Part shown: in pieces, positions 17,589 through 27,135 of the stretch
Layout: each line of letters begins with the position of its first letter
Numbering within the stretch: position 1 is the stretch's first letter
Assembly: GCA_040388095.1 (NCBI GenBank)
Contig: JAZKCM010000001.1
Location: 7,206 to 71,205 of the forward strand
Reading direction: 5' to 3'
From: Patescibacteria group bacterium
GTDB taxonomy: Bacteria; Patescibacteriota; Minisyncoccia; Phycocordibacterales; UBA9973
DNA length: 64,000 bases
The notes under the pieces: model-generated
What the model saw: the letters and a program-made list of their open reading frames with translations, nothing else
Told to the model about the DNA's origin: nothing
Databases searched by the model: none
Translations under genes and position numbers: made by a program

Positions 17589-18854
17589 ATGCACAAAAAC
17601 TTATTTCAAGATATGGTCAAAGCAAAAAATAATAAGCTGAAAAAACAACCAACATCAACACCAGCATCAGCATCTCTACCTATTCAACCAAAAAAACCGT
17701 TATATAAAAAAGATGACCAAAAAAAATCTCGTCATGCACTTTGGTTTGTCGCCGTTCTTACTCTGGTCTTTCTTGTGTTTTCTGTTTCTACTTTTTTCTC
17801 TCACGCTGACATAAAGATAACTCCAAAAGAAAAAGATTTTAATGTACAAAATTCCTTTACTGCAATAAAAGATGTTTCTTCAGACACATTGTCTTTCGAT
17901 ACAGTTGTCCTTTCTGGTGCGGAGAGTAAAAACCTTCAGGCAATGAGCACTATTGATGTTTCTATAAAGGCTACAGGTACTGTTGTTTTATATAATGCAT
18001 TCAGCGCCACTCCACAAAAATTAAAAATAGATACAAGACTTGAGGGTTCTAATGGTAAATTGTATAAAACTAAAATACCTGTGACTATTCCTTCTTTATC
18101 TTCTAGTGGTTTGCCAGGTTCTGTCGAAGTAGAAGTATATGCAGACGTCGCAGGTAGTGAATCAAATTCAGGGCCTATTGATTTTAAGATTTTTGGTTTC
18201 AAAGGTAGTCCAAAATATGAAAAGATGTATGGTCGTTCCAAGGGAAGTATCGCTGGTGGTTTTGTCGGCCCAATGCCACAGATTTCTGACGCTGATAAAA
18301 ATACTGCACAAGAAGAATTAAAAAATACTCTCAAAATAAAACTTACACAGAAAGTCCTAAATGAATTACCAGCAGGATTTATATTATTTCCAGATGCGAT
18401 TTTTGTAGATTTTAATCCAGAAATTTCTGTCGTAGATAATAAAGATAATTCAGCAACGATGTCCATTAAAGGTACATTATCTGGAATCATCTTTAACGAA
18501 AATAAACTTTCTCAAATGATAACTAATACACTGCTCGACAAAGAAGAAAAAACAGATGCGTATATTTCAAATATTAAAAATCTTAATTTTTCCCTTATAA
18601 ACAAAGATGGTGTTTCCGTAGCTACGAGTAAAAATATTAGTTTTGATTTAAAGGGAAGTGCTAAAGCTGTCTGGAAAGTCGATACTGATGCTGTGCTCCA
18701 CGATCTTTTAAATAGTAATAAAAAAGATTTTAATGCTATTCTTTCAAAATACTCAAATGTTACTTCTGCTGATTTAGCATTACGTCCAGCGTGGAAATCA
18801 ACTCTCCCAGAGAAAATAGAAAAAATAAATATCTCAGTGAATTATCCAAAATAG
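17589..18854 (+). CDS. hypothetical bitopic membrane protein (K/P-rich cytoplasmic tail, one TM, ~350 aa outside domain)
   Basis: N-terminal KKQPTSTPASASLPIQPKKPLYKKDDQKK, then the TM helix ALWFVAVLTLVFLVFSVSTFF, then a beta-rich region with no motifs I recognise. Confidence 0.5.
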   Translation: MHKNLFQDMVKAKNNKLKKQPTSTPASASLPIQPKKPLYKKDDQKKSRHALWFVAVLTLVFLVFSVSTFFSHADIKITPKEKDFNVQNSFTAIKDVSSDTLSFDTVVLSGAESKNLQAMSTIDVSIKATGTVVLYNAFSATPQKLKIDTRLEGSNGKLYKTKIPVTIPSLSSSGLPGSVEVEVYADVAGSESNSGPIDFKIFGFKGSPKYEKMYGRSKGSIAGGFVGPMPQISDADKNTAQEELKNTLKIKLTQKVLNELPAGFILFPDAIFVDFNPEISVVDNKDNSATMSIKGTLSGIIFNENKLSQMITNTLLDKEEKTDAYISNIKNLNFSLINKDGVSVATSKNISFDLKGSAKAVWKVDTDAVLHDLLNSNKKDFNAILSKYSNVTSADLALRPAWKSTLPEKIEKINISVNYPK

Positions 18855-18872
18855 TAATTTCCCCATATTTTA

Positions 18873-18901
18873 TTGACTAAAACTTTTGTTTTTGTTAATA
18901 T
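18873..18901 (+). promoter_or_regulatory. candidate promoter TTGACT-17 nt-TAATAT for infA
   Basis: TTGACT at 18873-18878 and TAATAT at 18896-18901. The infA ATG is 13 nt after the -10 box. Confidence 0.45.
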
Positions 18902-18914
18902 AGTTTCATATCCA

Positions 18915-19136
18915 ATGAGTGATCCTAAAAACGAAAAAATTTTAACAGCGCGAGGCGAAATAACTGAAGCGTTACCAAGTACTCTTTTCAGAGTTATGAT
19001 GGATGACGATAAAGAAATTCTTGCATATCTTTCAGGTAAAATGCGTATGAATAGAATCAAAGTTTTGGTGGGTGACAGCGTGGAAGTAATCCTCGATCCG
19101 TATGGCGGAAAAGGCAGGATTACAAAAAGGTTGTAA
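18915..19136 (+). CDS. infA: translation initiation factor IF-1
   Basis: Start chosen at MSDPKNEK. ARGEITEALPSTLFRVMMDDDKEILAYLSGKMRMNRIKVLVGDSVEVILDPYGGKGRITKRL is a full-length IF-1 S1 fold. Confidence 0.92.
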   Translation: MSDPKNEKILTARGEITEALPSTLFRVMMDDDKEILAYLSGKMRMNRIKVLVGDSVEVILDPYGGKGRITKRL

Positions 19137-19196
19137 TATTTTAGAGAGTAGTGTATACTATAAATCACAGTTTTTAAATAGGTAAGAGAGTCCATG

Positions 19197-19220
19197 AAAT
19201 AAGGGTTTTCCCTTATTTTT
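19197..19220 (+). terminator. hairpin + T-run between infA and rpmJ (terminator/attenuator)
   Basis: AAATAAGGGttttCCCTTATTTtt is a 9-bp stem followed by a T-rich stretch. Confidence 0.45.
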
Positions 19221-19242
19221 ATCTTGTTTTTAAATAATAATT

Positions 19243-19353
19243 ATGAAAGTCAAATCAGCAGTAAAAAAAATTTGTGATAATTGTAAAATAGTTAAAAGAG
19301 CTAGGCATTTAAGAGTTATCTGTACTAACCCAAAGCATAAACAAAAACAATAA
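19243..19353 (+). CDS. rpmJ: 50S ribosomal protein L36
   Basis: Too short for the ORF track. My translation is [36 protein letters not shown], with the CxxC...C...H zinc ribbon of L36. Confidence 0.9.
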   Translation: MKVKSAVKKICDNCKIVKRARHLRVICTNPKHKQKQ

Positions 19354-19357
19354 TTTT

Positions 19358-19738
19358 ATGAGAATTCTAGGAATCACAGTACCAAATGAAAAGAAACTTG
19401 AAATAGGATTAACTTGCCTTTACGGTATTGGTATTCCTATGGCTCGAAAGATCTTGGACAAAGTCGGCATTGCGCATGACAAAAAATCTAAAGACTTAAC
19501 TCCAGAAGAAGAAAATAAAATCCGTGCGATCATCGAAGCGATGACTATCGAAGGAAATCTAAAAAGAGAAGTCGCTTCAAACATCAAAAGATTGAAAGAT
19601 ATAAAAAGTTACCGCGGTACTCGCCATATGAAGAGACTTCCAGTAAGAGGACAAAGAACAAAGACAAATTCACGCACAGTCAGAGGTAATGTCAGAAAGA
19701 CAATGGCATCAGGAAGAAGAAAAGAAAGTAAAACATAA
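19358..19738 (+). CDS. rpsM: 30S ribosomal protein S13
   Basis: MRILGITVP...LTCLYGIG...IKSYRGTRHMKRLPVRGQRTKTN. Confidence 0.95.
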   Translation: MRILGITVPNEKKLEIGLTCLYGIGIPMARKILDKVGIAHDKKSKDLTPEEENKIRAIIEAMTIEGNLKREVASNIKRLKDIKSYRGTRHMKRLPVRGQRTKTNSRTVRGNVRKTMASGRRKESKT

Positions 19739-19746
19739 TCATTAAT

Positions 19747-20175
19747 ATGGCAAACAAAGAAACAACAACACAAGACGCAAATACAGAAGAAGTCAAAAAG
19801 GCTCCTGTTTCAAAAACTGCAAAAAAGAAATTGACTGCAGGTATTTTGCACGTTGAAGCGACTTTCAACAATACGAAAGTTCTTTTCTCTGACAAGTCAG
19901 GTAATACAGTATTCTGGACTTCAACTGGCTCTCTTGGTTTCAAAGGTGCAAAGAAGGGTACTCCTTTCGCTGCATCAAAAGCTGGTGACGTCATTGGTGA
20001 AAAAGCAGAAATTCTTGGTATCAAGGAAGCAGATGTTGTTGTTAAAGGTGTTGGTTCAGGACGAGAGCCAGCGATTCGTGCATTTATGGCCCACGGTATA
20101 GAAGTGACTTCTATTAAAGATGTTACTCCTGTCCCACACAATGGTCCAAAGGCAAAGAAGCCTCGTAGAGTTTAA
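19747..20175 (+). CDS. rpsK: 30S ribosomal protein S11
   Basis: GILHVEATFNNT...GSLGFKGAKKGTPFAA...VVVKGVGSGREPAIRA...DVTPVPHNG. Confidence 0.95.
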   Translation: MANKETTTQDANTEEVKKAPVSKTAKKKLTAGILHVEATFNNTKVLFSDKSGNTVFWTSTGSLGFKGAKKGTPFAASKAGDVIGEKAEILGIKEADVVVKGVGSGREPAIRAFMAHGIEVTSIKDVTPVPHNGPKAKKPRRV

Positions 20176-20188
20176 TTTTTAAAATATT

Positions 20189-20788
20189 ATGATTACAAAA
20201 GCAAAATTTAAAATTTGTAGACGTTTAGGACCCGGAGTTTATGACAAATGTCAGACTTCAAAATTTGTCGCAACTACTGGCAAGATGAAAAAAGGTGGTC
20301 GCCCAAAGGCACTTTCTGAATACGGTACTGCTCTTGTTGAGAAACAGAAGATCCGATTTTCTTACGGTATCACAGAAAGACAGCTCTCAAACTATGTTGC
20401 TCACGCTATCAAAGCAAAAGGTGCTGGAGCAGCTGATAAAGTTTATGAAAGCCTCGAATCAAGACTCGACAACGTCGTCTACCGTATGGGCCTCGCAAAC
20501 AGTCGCGCTTTCGCACGACAGATGGTTTCTCACGGACATTTTATCGTCAACAATCACAAAGTCACTATTCCATCATATGAAACGAAAGCAGGAGATATCA
20601 TTAAAATCAGAGAAGGCAGTAAGACCAAGAAGCTTTGGGATGGACTTGCAGAAAAACTGAAAGATTACAATCCACCAGCATGGCTTTCATTCAGTGTAGA
20701 AAAAGGGGAAGGGTCGATAAAAGATAAACCAAAAAATGTCGAAACTTTCCTTGATATCAATACAGTCCTCGAGTTTTACAGTCGTTAA
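20189..20788 (+). CDS. rpsD: 30S ribosomal protein S4
   Basis: SEYGTALVEKQKIRFSYG, RLDNVVYRMGLANSRAFARQMVSHGHFIVNNHKV (S4 domain). Confidence 0.95.
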   Translation: MITKAKFKICRRLGPGVYDKCQTSKFVATTGKMKKGGRPKALSEYGTALVEKQKIRFSYGITERQLSNYVAHAIKAKGAGAADKVYESLESRLDNVVYRMGLANSRAFARQMVSHGHFIVNNHKVTIPSYETKAGDIIKIREGSKTKKLWDGLAEKLKDYNPPAWLSFSVEKGEGSIKDKPKNVETFLDINTVLEFYSR

Positions 20789-20831
20789 TTAAATGAGTTT
20801 TAAAATTATTAATAATTTTTTATAAAAAAAC

Positions 20832-21809
20832 ATGCTTGAATACAATATAATCTTACCTTCGAAGCCAAGAGTGGTGACAGAAGAAAATAATAAAGGAGTA
20901 TATGAAATCGACGGTTTTTACCCTGGGTATGGTCATACTTTTGGTAACTCTTTGAGAAGAATTATTCTTTCTTCTCTACCAGGTGCAGCGGTCACATCTA
21001 TCAAGATCGATGGCGTGAGTCATGAATTTTCTACTATTGAAGGCGTCAAAGAAGATGCTATCGTTGTTATCTTAAATTTGAAAAAAGTTCGTTTTAAAAT
21101 GCTCTCAGATGAACCTCAGACTGTTACTATTTCTGCAAAAGGTCCAAAGACTTTGACAGCAGGAGATATCACTACTTCAGGACAAGTTGAAGTTTTAAAT
21201 CCAGAGCAACACATTGCTGAAATCACAGGCAAGATAAATTTGAATATTGAATTAAACATTGAAAAAGGTCTTGGCTTCGTTGCAAAAGAAACTCTTCAGA
21301 AAGAAAAAGTTGAGATCGGTACTATCGCAGTCGATGCTATTTTCACACCAATCCGTAGAATTTCTTACGAAGTTGAAAATATGCGTGTCGGTGATAAGAC
21401 AAACCACAACCGCCTTCGCATCTCTATCGAGACAAATGGTACACTTACACCTCGCCAAGCATTGACTGATGCTATTGAAATAATGATCGAGCAATTGAAA
21501 GCGATCGTTGATTTCAAAGAGCCTACAGAAGAAGTAAAGCCTGAGAAAATTTCAGCAAAAGCTGAAGAAACAGAATCAGATGCTGATGATAAAGGTGAAG
21601 ACTTCACTGATGTTTTGAAAACTCGCATCGACAACCTTGACCTTTCTACAAGAACTTTGAATGCTCTTACAAATGCAAATGTCCGCACATTAGGTGGCCT
21701 TGCACGTAAGAAGAAAGAAGATCTTTTAGAAATAGAAGGAATGGGCGAGAAAGGTATTACAGAAATTAAAAAGGTTTTGAGTAAATTCAACCTTAATTTG
21801 AAAGATTAA
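20832..21809 (+). CDS. rpoA: DNA-directed RNA polymerase subunit alpha
   Basis: [29 protein letters not shown] and the C-terminal domain [22 protein letters not shown]. Confidence 0.95.
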   Translation: [325 protein letters not shown]

Positions 21810-21818
21810 TTATATTTT

Positions 21819-22172
21819 ATGAGACACCACAACGCAAACAGAAAATTCGGACGAGATAAGACACAGAGAAAAGCTTTGATCAGCTCTCTCGTGCTCAATT
21901 TGATCGTACGTGGAAAGATCAAGACTACAGAACCGAAAGCAAAAGAACTCAAGCCAGTTATGGAAAAGTTGGTGACTCTTGCAAAGAAGGGCGACCTCAA
22001 TTCACGCCGTATCGCTACAGCTCGCCTCGCAAACAGAAGCAAAGAAGTAAAGAAACTTTTTGAAGTTATCGCACCACAGTATGCTGACAAGAAAGGTGGC
22101 TACACGAGAATATTAAAATTAGGAGTCAGAAAGTCTGATGCGACAAAGATGGCGCAGATAGAATTTGTATAA
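21819..22172 (+). CDS. rplQ: 50S ribosomal protein L17
   Basis: MRHHNANRKFGRDKTQRKAL...GGYTRILKLGVRKSD. Confidence 0.95.
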   Translation: MRHHNANRKFGRDKTQRKALISSLVLNLIVRGKIKTTEPKAKELKPVMEKLVTLAKKGDLNSRRIATARLANRSKEVKKLFEVIAPQYADKKGGYTRILKLGVRKSDATKMAQIEFV

Positions 22173-22176
22173 TTAT

Positions 22177-22545
22177 ATGGAAAAAGAAAACAAACAAAAA
22201 GAAATAAAAGTTATCGATGCACAAGGACGAACACTCGGCCGTGTTGCTTCTGAAATCGCTGTAAACTTGATCGGCAAGAACGCTGCGACTTTTGAGAGAA
22301 ACATCTACTCTGGCTTTCCAGTCAAAGTGCTAAATGCTTCAAAACTAAAAATTACTACAAAGAAATTGGCTGAGATTTATCATACAAAATATTCTGGATA
22401 TCCAGGAGGCCTCCGTATTACGAAAGGTAAGGAGACAATGGAAAAGAAAGGTTTGAAAGAATTGATCCGCCTTGCAACTTACCAAATGCTTCCAGACAAC
22501 AAATTACGAAGGAAGATGATGACGAACTTGGTGATAGAGGATTAA
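22177..22545 (+). CDS. rplM: 50S ribosomal protein L13
   Basis: ATG at 22177. The track start at 22165 is a TTG that overlaps rplQ. VIDAQGRTLGRVASEIAVNLIGK...YHTKYSGYPGG. Confidence 0.92.
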   Translation: MEKENKQKEIKVIDAQGRTLGRVASEIAVNLIGKNAATFERNIYSGFPVKVLNASKLKITTKKLAEIYHTKYSGYPGGLRITKGKETMEKKGLKELIRLATYQMLPDNKLRRKMMTNLVIED

Positions 22546-22564
22546 GACAGATTAAAATAAACAT

Positions 22565-22963
22565 ATGACAAAAGAAATTTACATAGAAGCTATAGGACGA
22601 AGAAAGACCTCTACTGCAAGAGTGCGTATTACTGAGTCTGCAAAACCTACATTCATCATCAATGAAATGGATGCAAAAGACTATTTCAAGACTGAAGAGC
22701 AGAGACGCTTGATTCAAGATCCTATCATCAAAGGTAAGCCTTCAAAGAAATGGAGTTTTGAAGTACGAGTTTCAGGCGGTGGAGCACATTCACAAGCTGA
22801 AGCAGTTCGTCACGGACTCTCTCGAGCACTTGTTGCTTCTGAAGAAGAGCTTCACACAAAGATCAAGAAACTCGGCTTCCTCAAGCGTGACCCTAGAGCA
22901 AAAGAACGCCGTAAGTTCGGTCTCAAGAAAGCTCGTAAAGCCCCGCAGTGGTCAAAACGTTAA
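22565..22963 (+). CDS. rpsI: 30S ribosomal protein S9
   Basis: GRRKTSTARVRI...VSGGGAHSQAEAVRHGLSRAL...ERRKFGLKKARKAPQWSKR. Confidence 0.95.
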   Translation: MTKEIYIEAIGRRKTSTARVRITESAKPTFIINEMDAKDYFKTEEQRRLIQDPIIKGKPSKKWSFEVRVSGGGAHSQAEAVRHGLSRALVASEEELHTKIKKLGFLKRDPRAKERRKFGLKKARKAPQWSKR

Positions 22964-22969
22964 TACTCA

Positions 22970-22998
22970 AAAAAAGATCTCGCAAGAGGTCTTTTTTG
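22970..22998 (+). terminator. rho-independent terminator after rpsI
   Basis: aaaaaAGATCTCgcaaGAGGTCTttttt (one G-U pair). Confidence 0.6.
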
Positions 22999-23026
22999 TT
23001 TACCTATTTTATGCTAAAATGCTTTT

Positions 23027-23635
23027 ATGGCTGACGAAAATGATGAAATAATAAAACAAAATACTGAAATTCCAGCGGAGTTCCCGGATGAAGTAGAAGA
23101 CGACACTGAAGTCGTCGAATTTGAATTTAATGAAGACGGGGAAGAAGATTTGAGAAAAACTTTAAAGAAAATCCGTGCTGATTTGAAGCAGGCGAAGAAA
23201 GAAAAAGAGGAATATTTGACTGGCTGGCAGAAAGAGCGAGCAGGATTTTTGAATTATAGGAAAGAAGAAGAAGAGAGAAATACGAATTTTAAAAATATCG
23301 TGCAGGAAAGGATCTTAGAAAGATTTTTATCAATCATGGATAGCTTCGACATGGCTTTCGCCAATAAAGAAGCTTGGGAGAAAGTCGATGCGAATTGGCG
23401 CACTGGCGTGGAATACATCTACGCGCAGATGAATGCTATTTTTGAAGAATATGGAATCAATGCTATTGGAAAAGTAGGGGAAAAATTTAACCCAGAATTC
23501 CATGAATCCATAGAACGCATTGATACTGATGAAAATGATAAAGAAGATACCATCGCTCTTGTGATGCAAAAAGGATATAAAACGAAAAACAAAGTCCTCC
23601 GTCCTGCGAGAGTGAATGTCTACGGATTGAAATAA
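23027..23635 (+). CDS. grpE: nucleotide exchange factor GrpE
   Basis: Acidic N-terminus, a coiled coil, and a C-terminal beta domain FNPEFHESI...VMQKGYK...VLRPARV. Confidence 0.9.
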   Translation: MADENDEIIKQNTEIPAEFPDEVEDDTEVVEFEFNEDGEEDLRKTLKKIRADLKQAKKEKEEYLTGWQKERAGFLNYRKEEEERNTNFKNIVQERILERFLSIMDSFDMAFANKEAWEKVDANWRTGVEYIYAQMNAIFEEYGINAIGKVGEKFNPEFHESIERIDTDENDKEDTIALVMQKGYKTKNKVLRPARVNVYGLK

Positions 23636-23638
23636 TTT

Positions 23639-24184
23639 CTATTTCCCGAAAGTTTCAAATAAAACTTTTTTAGTTTCTTCGTCGATATTTTCACTGACAA
23701 TGATCATCATCTCTGTCGTGAGGCCGAGATCTTTTTTTATATTTATGAAAAGGTGTTCGAATGGGTAAGGGGAGATCCATGCAGAATTTTTAAGGCATAC
23801 GAAGCCAGCTTTCTTGAGGAGATAGCGTAGGCTTTCTCTTTCACTCTTTCTGTTCTCTGGTAAGTCGAGCAAGATGATCCTCCAGAATCCATCCCAAGTC
23901 GTATTCACGAGCGTCGTATCATTCTCGAGTTTCAAGCTGTGCATTTTCTTTTTGCCTTCTTTTGTCAGGCGGGCATAGTCGTTCTGTCCAGAGGAAATAT
24001 GCTCCACGAGCCCAGCTTCACGAAGACCTTTCAGAGAGCGTGTGATGGCGTACTTGCCCACCGTTTCTGCTTTTGCAGAAACGGTGGGTGCGGAGATTTT
24101 CTCATTCAATTCCGTTAAAGAAATAGCTGATTTTTCACCTAAAATTTTGATTATTTTCTTAGAATAGTCTGTCTTTCTTGACAT
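23639..24184 (-). CDS. winged-helix transcriptional regulator, PaaX-like
   Basis: N-terminal wHTH (ITRSLKGLREAGLVEH). The C-terminal WDGFWRIILLDLPENRKSERESLRYLLKKAGFVCLKNSAWISPYP matches the PaaX-family/Cas2-like-fold pattern. Confidence 0.6.
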   Translation of the reverse strand: MSRKTDYSKKIIKILGEKSAISLTELNEKISAPTVSAKAETVGKYAITRSLKGLREAGLVEHISSGQNDYARLTKEGKKKMHSLKLENDTTLVNTTWDGFWRIILLDLPENRKSERESLRYLLKKAGFVCLKNSAWISPYPFEHLFINIKKDLGLTTEMMIIVSENIDEETKKVLFETFGK

Positions 24185-24212
24185 ATTTATATATTATCTT
24201 ATATACTCTACT

Positions 24213-24246
24213 TTGACAAGTATTCCGCGACCACGAAATACTTGCA
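24213..24246. promoter_or_regulatory. inverted repeat CAAGTATT-N12-AATACTTG overlapping a TTGACA box in the divergent promoter region
   Basis: The arms lie at 24217-24224 and 24237-24244. The spacer ccgcgaccacga is conspicuously GC-rich for this intergenic DNA. TTGACA lies at 24213-24218. Confidence 0.35.
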
Positions 24247-24302
24247 AAATAAATTAGGATCTTATATAATTAGTTTTATTAATATTAATTTAATATATAC
24301 AT

Positions 24303-24515
24303 ATGAATTTTGAAGATTTTCTTAAACAAGTTTCACCTAAAATTGGTCCCAAAAATGCATTTGATTTAGCAAGAGATTCGCAATTAAAAGCACTTGAACG
24401 TGTTCTGATTCAACATTGTGGTATTACTCAAAGCCAAATTGATTTGGCTTTGGAGAATGAATTAAAACAACTTAGTGAAAATATTCAGAATATGCCACCT
24501 TTACCAAATAATTAA
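24303..24515 (+). CDS. hypothetical protein (70 aa)
   Basis: Intact ORF only. Confidence 0.35.
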   Translation: MNFEDFLKQVSPKIGPKNAFDLARDSQLKALERVLIQHCGITQSQIDLALENELKQLSENIQNMPPLPNN

Positions 24516-24524
24516 CTTCTTTTC

Positions 24525-25085
24525 ATGAATAAAAAAATTGATTATTACGAAAATTTCTTGAAAAACATAGAATTTCAAGAAAAGATTATACAACGAAAAA
24601 ATTCTTACAAAATAGTATTTTCAATAGCCATGCTATTAATAACTATTTTAGCTTTATCAGCTTCTGTTATAAAAGGCTCTCCTTTCTCTGAAATTTTTTT
24701 AAATAAACAAGATAAACAAATTATAGACATTAATAACAGAGTTGAAAAAATTAATACTAATGTTGAAAATCTCTCAAGCTCACTTGTTAATAATAAAGAC
24801 TTATCTTTTGTGTATCTTAATTCAAAAATACAAGAGATACAACAGAAAAATTCTTATCTATATGAAACAATTTTAGCCAATCCGGATTCAGCAATTACAC
24901 CTAAAATTCTTAAACAAGAACAAGATACCATAAATGATAAAATCATTGATTTAAAAGCCCAAATTAATAAAACTAATTCTTTACTTTCAACAATTCTTGT
25001 AGCTTTACTTGTTGGAATCATCTGTTTTATTGGAAAGCAGGTGTGGGAGACTTATTTTTCCAAAAAGAATTTATTAAAACAATAA
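24525..25085 (+). CDS. hypothetical membrane protein with coiled-coil ectodomain (two TM helices)
   Basis: TM helices at IVFSIAMLLITILALSASVI and LLSTILVALLVGIICFIG. The segment between them is heptad-like. Confidence 0.45.
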   Translation: MNKKIDYYENFLKNIEFQEKIIQRKNSYKIVFSIAMLLITILALSASVIKGSPFSEIFLNKQDKQIIDINNRVEKINTNVENLSSSLVNNKDLSFVYLNSKIQEIQQKNSYLYETILANPDSAITPKILKQEQDTINDKIIDLKAQINKTNSLLSTILVALLVGIICFIGKQVWETYFSKKNLLKQ

Positions 25086-25117
25086 TAAAGATTATAATTA
25101 ATTAAAACAAAAAACAT

Positions 25118-26995
25118 ATGTCAAAAATAATAGGAATAGATTTGGGTACTACAAATAGCGCTGTTGCGATCATTGAAGGAGGACAGCCGAAAATAATAGA
25201 AAATATTGAAGGTGCTCGTACGACGCCGTCAGTTGTTTCCGTTGCAAAAAATGGAGACAGATTGGTCGGCTTGCTCGCAAAGCGTCAGGCAGTGACGAAT
25301 CCAGAAAATACTATCTACGGCATCAAGCGTTTTATGGGCCACAATTTTGAAGATCCAGAAGTTCAGAAAGATCTCAAGAATGCTTCTTTTAAAATACAGA
25401 AATCAGCAAATGGCGGAGTCGAAGTAAAAATCGGCGACAAGTGGATGCGCCCAGAAGAAGTCTCTGCGATGATCTTGGGTAAAATAAAGTCAGACGTAGA
25501 AGCAAAGCTCGGAGAAAAGATTACTGAAGCAGTCATCACTGTGCCAGCGTATTTCAACGATGCACAAAGAAAAGCGACAAAGGATGCGGGTATGATCGCA
25601 GGCCTCGATGTGAAGAGAATCATCAATGAGCCTACAGCAGCAGCCCTCGCATACGGTTTCAATTCAAAGAAAAATGAAAAAATAGTTGTCTATGACTTCG
25701 GAGGAGGAACATTTGATATTTCTGTCCTTGAAGTCGGTGATGATGTTATAGAAGTAAAATCTACCGACGGCGACAGTCACCTCGGAGGCCGAGACCTCGA
25801 CCACAAGATTATCGCATGGATCGCAGAAGAATATAAAAAGACTTCAGGTGTGGATGTGCGCACTGATGCACTCGCATTACAGCGCCTCGATGAAGCTGCA
25901 GAAAAAGCAAAGATCGAGCTCTCTACTGCAGTCGAAACTGAAATAAATATCCCATTCATCACTTCAACTGCTTCAGGTCCTCAGCACTTGCTCTTGAAAA
26001 TGTCTCGCGCACAGCTTGAAACTCTTGCAGATGAATATATAACTCGCTCAATAGAGATCACTAAGCGTGCAATGACAGCATCAGGATTTAAGATAGAAGA
26101 AATCAATGAAATAATAATGGTCGGAGGTCAGACTCGTATGCCAAAGATCGTTGAAGAAGTGAAAAAAGTTTTTGGTAAAACTCCAAACCTTTCTATCAAT
26201 CCTGACGAAGTCGTCGCTCTCGGTGCTGCAGTACAGGCTGGAGTATTACAAGGTGATGTGAAGGATGTGCTCTTGCTCGACGTTATCCCACTTTCTCTCG
26301 GTATCGAAACTTTGGGCGGAGTAGGTACGAAACTTGTTGAAAGAAATACGACAATTCCATCTTCAAAATCACAAGTATTCTCGACTGCAGCCGACAATCA
26401 GACTTCTGTAGAAATACACATTGTCCAAGGCGAGCGCCCGATGGCGAGCGACAACAAATCCCTCGGCCGATTTATTCTCGAAGGTATTCCTCCAGCACCG
26501 CGCGGTATGCCACAAGTCGAAGTCACTTTCGACGTGGACGCAAACGGAATTCTCAATGTTACTGCGAAAGATAATGCTTCAGGCAAAACTCAATCAATCA
26601 GAATAGAAGCAAGCTCAGGACTCAAAGACGAAGACATCAAGAAAATGCAGGCTGATGCTGAGCTCCATGCAGAAGAAGATAAGAATAAGAAAGAATTAGT
26701 GGAAGTTAAAAACTCTGCCGAGATGACTATCTACTCTGCAGAAAAAGCGCTCAAAGATAATGAAGCGAAGATTCCTGCTGAACTCAAAGACAGCGTGAAT
26801 GCAAAGATCACAGCGCTTCGCACAGTCAAAGACGGATCTGATAAGGCAAGTATCGAAACTGCTTTGCAAGAACTTTCAGCTGAAATGTCTAAAATAGGTG
26901 AAGCGATGGCAAAGGCCGGAGAAGCACCAGCTACTGAAACTGCTGCCGAACCTCAACCAGAAGAAATAAAACCAGAGGGTGAGGAATCAAAATAA
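25118..26995 (+). CDS. dnaK: molecular chaperone DnaK (Hsp70)
   Basis: [23 protein letters not shown]-like ([13 protein letters not shown]), and a complete substrate-binding domain and lid. Confidence 0.97.
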   Translation: MSKIIGIDLGTTNSAVAIIEGGQPKIIENIEGARTTPSVVSVAKNGDRLVGLLAKRQAVTNPENTIYGIKRFMGHNFEDPEVQKDLKNASFKIQKSANGGVEVKIGDKWMRPEEVSAMILGKIKSDVEAKLGEKITEAVITVPAYFNDAQRKATKDAGMIAGLDVKRIINEPTAAALAYGFNSKKNEKIVVYDFGGGTFDISVLEVGDDVIEVKSTDGDSHLGGRDLDHKIIAWIAEEYKKTSGVDVRTDALALQRLDEAAEKAKIELSTAVETEINIPFITSTASGPQHLLLKMSRAQLETLADEYITRSIEITKRAMTASGFKIEEINEIIMVGGQTRMPKIVEEVKKVFGKTPNLSINPDEVVALGAAVQAGVLQGDVKDVLLLDVIPLSLGIETLGGVGTKLVERNTTIPSSKSQVFSTAADNQTSVEIHIVQGERPMASDNKSLGRFILEGIPPAPRGMPQVEVTFDVDANGILNVTAKDNASGKTQSIRIEASSGLKDEDIKKMQADAELHAEEDKNKKELVEVKNSAEMTIYSAEKALKDNEAKIPAELKDSVNAKITALRTVKDGSDKASIETALQELSAEMSKIGEAMAKAGEAPATETAAEPQPEEIKPEGEESK

Positions 26996-27080
26996 GAGTA
27001 AAACTCACTTAATATAATTTTTCTTCGAGTCCTCGGGTGAAGTCACCAGACTGCTCAGAAAAGTTTCCTTGATTACTAAC

Positions 27081-27107
27081 AAAAAAAGCCCAATTGGGCT
27101 TTTTTTG
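27081..27107 (+). terminator. rho-independent terminator after dnaK
   Basis: aaaaaaaGCCCAattGGGCttttttt. Confidence 0.65.
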
Positions 27108-27135
27108 TTTTCTCTATACTGTTATAATAAACCAT

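Noticed and set aside
17936-18490. 184-aa antisense ORF inside the 421-aa bitopic protein gene
   Set aside because: It has shadow-ORF composition and no start context or motifs. The sense ORF is longer and has a coherent TM-plus-ectodomain organisation.
19692-21790. Antisense ORFs of 149 aa (19692-20141) and 141 aa (21365-21790)
   Set aside because: They lie opposite rpsK and rpoA, whose identities are unambiguous. These are typical shadow frames.
22964-25117. Looked for a CIRCE element (TTAGCACTC-N9-GAGTGCTAA) and hrcA around grpE/dnaK
   Set aside because: I found no match by eye in the regions upstream of grpE, dnaK or dnaJ. This is reported as an absence, not as a feature.
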